Under the pieces are notes generated by a model. It was not told where the DNA came from and did not search any database. It was given only the letters and a program-made list of their open reading frames with translations. Below, piece after piece: positions 61,881 to 64,000 of a DNA stretch of 64,000 nt. The stretch is from Octopus vulgaris (taxonomy: Eukaryota). Positions within the stretch are counted from its first letter, which is position 1. Each line of letters begins with the position of its first letter. A program made the translations under genes and the position numbers. The stretch is from positions 2,480,001-2,544,000 of the forward strand of contig OX597839.1 of assembly GCA_951406725.2 (NCBI GenBank), written 5' to 3'.

Positions 61881-62270
61881 GTACTTTGGAATGGTCATTT
61901 GTTTTTCTTTTGCCAAATAAACACACGAACTATATAATCGTTTTTGACTCATCTGTTACTGTTCTTATTCTAACTCATGTCCATTGTCCTGAAATCTTGT
62001 CCTGTCACACATTCAGTGACACTTTCTGTCTTAGTGTGTGCTCTTGCTCTGCCTATTCCATTCTCTCATTGTTGTGGCTGCTTGTGTTTATTCAGGTTCC
62101 AACGAATTCTTGCTGAAGAAGTCACAGATGTGCGAGGAAAGATTTCTGGACATTGGACATGACTTAGAATAAGAACAGTAACAAACAAGTGAAGAATGAG
62201 TATATAGTGCAAATGTTTAATTGGCAAAAAAAAAAAAAAAAAGAAAAGAAAAATGACCATCCTGAAGTAC
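61881..62270. repeat. Imperfect long inverted repeat
   Basis: Arms ~61881-62020 and ~62121-62270. Confidence 0.75.
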
Positions 62271-62792
62271 AACAATATCTGTTTCAACACAGTTTCACAT
62301 CAGGAATCTTGCAACACAAATTCATAAACATACATATATATATATATCGTTGCTAATATGTTAAACTGTTGTATGTCCAAATTTGGCTAAATGCGGTTTT
62401 TACAATATTTAATTTTGCATGCAATAGTCAGTTCTTTTGGTCAAACTATCGTATCTCCAGCTGCTTCAGATGAAAATTGTCAAAGTGTAGTACAAAGGTT
62501 TGGCATTTTCAAAAGTCTCGTAAGTCCAACATACGACAATTTTTGCAAAAATATTTCTAACTGAAAATATCATACATGCATGGAGTTACGATTTTAAACA
62601 GTTTTTGTGTTTTTCTTAAATGGCTTATAAACACCTTCCATGCTGCAATTGTTTTCGTTCCAGCACATGATCTCAGATCAGGTCACTTGCTATGCAAGTA
62701 CATCTCCGTAATGGTGAAACTATTTTTTCATTTTCTGAAAAAGCAATGTTTTGGACTTAAGACACTTTCGCATATTAACAACGATATATATA

Positions 62793-64000
62793 TAGAAAAT
62801 GTGGAAGGCCCAACTGCGGAATCTGTGTCATCTTGATAGAAGGTTCAGAATTTATACTAGAACAAGGCCACCAGTTCACCATTAGAGCAAACTTCACCTG
62901 TGCATCAGAAAACTTAATTTACGTCATAACATGCGCAGGCTGCAATAGGCAGTATATAGGCCATACAAACAATAGCTTACGTAACAGGATGGCGGTGCAT
63001 AAATCACAAATTAGAAACCCTGAATACCGGAAAATACCGGTCAGCGGACACATAGATAGATGTGCTGGAAATGTAAATCCGAAATTTACAACTTACCCGC
63101 TTTATAAATTCAGTGACAACGCAACCTTCACGCAACGCCAAAATAAAGAACTGTATTTCATCAAAAAATTTAGACCAAGTTTAAACACCATGGGCCAGGA
63201 ATATTAAAACAAAAGATTGGTCCTCCGAAAAGGAGAAGCAAAATTCCACCACGGCCGCTACCTTAAACAGTCACTCACACTGACGGAAATATGTCTAAGG
63301 GAAAAGGGAAAAAAATTTATAAAAAGATCTCTTCGAACAGATCTAATCCTGATGGACTGGCCACATACGATACAGCTAAGGGTCAGACCCGATTCGGATT
63401 GGTCAACACATTGATGACGTCTCGTTCTGCTAGACTGGCCACCTAACGGGACGATTGGTCAAAACAGTGATGACGTCCTGTTACGCTGGACTGGCCACCT
63501 AACAGGATACAGACAAGGGGCAGATCTAATACAGCTATAGGTTGGGATTGGTCAGAATATTGATGACGTCCCGTTCTGCTTGACTAACCACCTAACAGGA
63601 TACAGACAAGGGGCAGATCTAATACAGCTATAGGTTGGGATTGGTCAGAATATTGATGACGTCCCGTTCTGCTTGACTAGCCACCTAATAGGATACAGAC
63701 AAGGGGCAGATCTAATACAGCTATAGGTCGGGATTGGTCAGAATATTGATGACGTCCCGTTCTGCTTGACTAGCCACCTAACGAAACGATTGGTCAAAAC
63801 GTTGATGACGTCACGTTCCGCTGTACTGTCCACCTAACAGGTGATATAAAACCCAAACAATTCACAAGGTTCGCCAGAACTGTCCAGCGGACACCGACCA
63901 AAAGTCATCACAGTTGCTCAAGGGAAAATCTAAAATGAATTCCTCGCTCTTTCAAGAACATCAATTTTTTATATTGACTGCACATCACCACTATGAACTA
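62793..64000 (+). mobile_element. 5'-truncated Penelope-like retroelement: GIY-YIG endonuclease end plus 3' repeat region
   Basis: RKCGRPNCGIC Zn knuckle, then NLIYVITCAGCNRQYIGHT..LRNRMAVH...KELYFIKKFRPSLN (ORF to 63207); begins after a (TA)n tract. Confidence 0.88.
63397..63843 (+). repeat. Tandem array in the Penelope 3' region (6 cores; spacing 56, 93, 93, 93, 56 bp)
   Basis: GATTGGTC...TGATGACGTC cores at 63397, 63453, 63546, 63639, 63732, 63788. Confidence 0.9.

Noticed and set aside
63397-63800. TGATGA...GAAAC in the Penelope tandem array as hammerheads
   Set aside because: It lacks the leading C and has no consistent stems; it is better explained as CRE-like motifs.

Overview
AT-rich, microsatellite- and SINE-dense metazoan DNA. 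The repeat content is typical of an octopus genome (inference). Two intron-rich genes converge. On the + strand are the last 11 coding exons of a CYP3-clan (CYP3A-like) cytochrome P450 (2205-17572). On the - strand are 16 coding exons of the E3 ubiquitin ligase mind bomb 2 (MIB2; 60709 down to the stop at 33798; ZZ, Mib/HERC2, Mib repeats, ankyrins, two RINGs), including one GC-AG intron. I assembled both genes exon by exon and the splice phases are consistent. Almost all ORFs in the supplied track are microsatellite or SINE artefacts. Introns and intergenic DNA hold tRNA-derived SINEs, MITEs with TSDs, a solo LTR, and Tc1/mariner, hAT, piggyBac, RTE, CR1, R4/Dong and Penelope remnants. The most unusual signal is about nine hammerhead-ribozyme-like motifs of the minimal Penelope type. 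One pair lies in a foldback element with a central tRNA-like Pol III head (9170-9614), a candidate ribozyme-bearing, Penelope-mobilised SINE/retrozyme. Two families share a non-canonical CUGUnGA core, and two motifs with intact cores lie in the sense strand of MIB2 introns.
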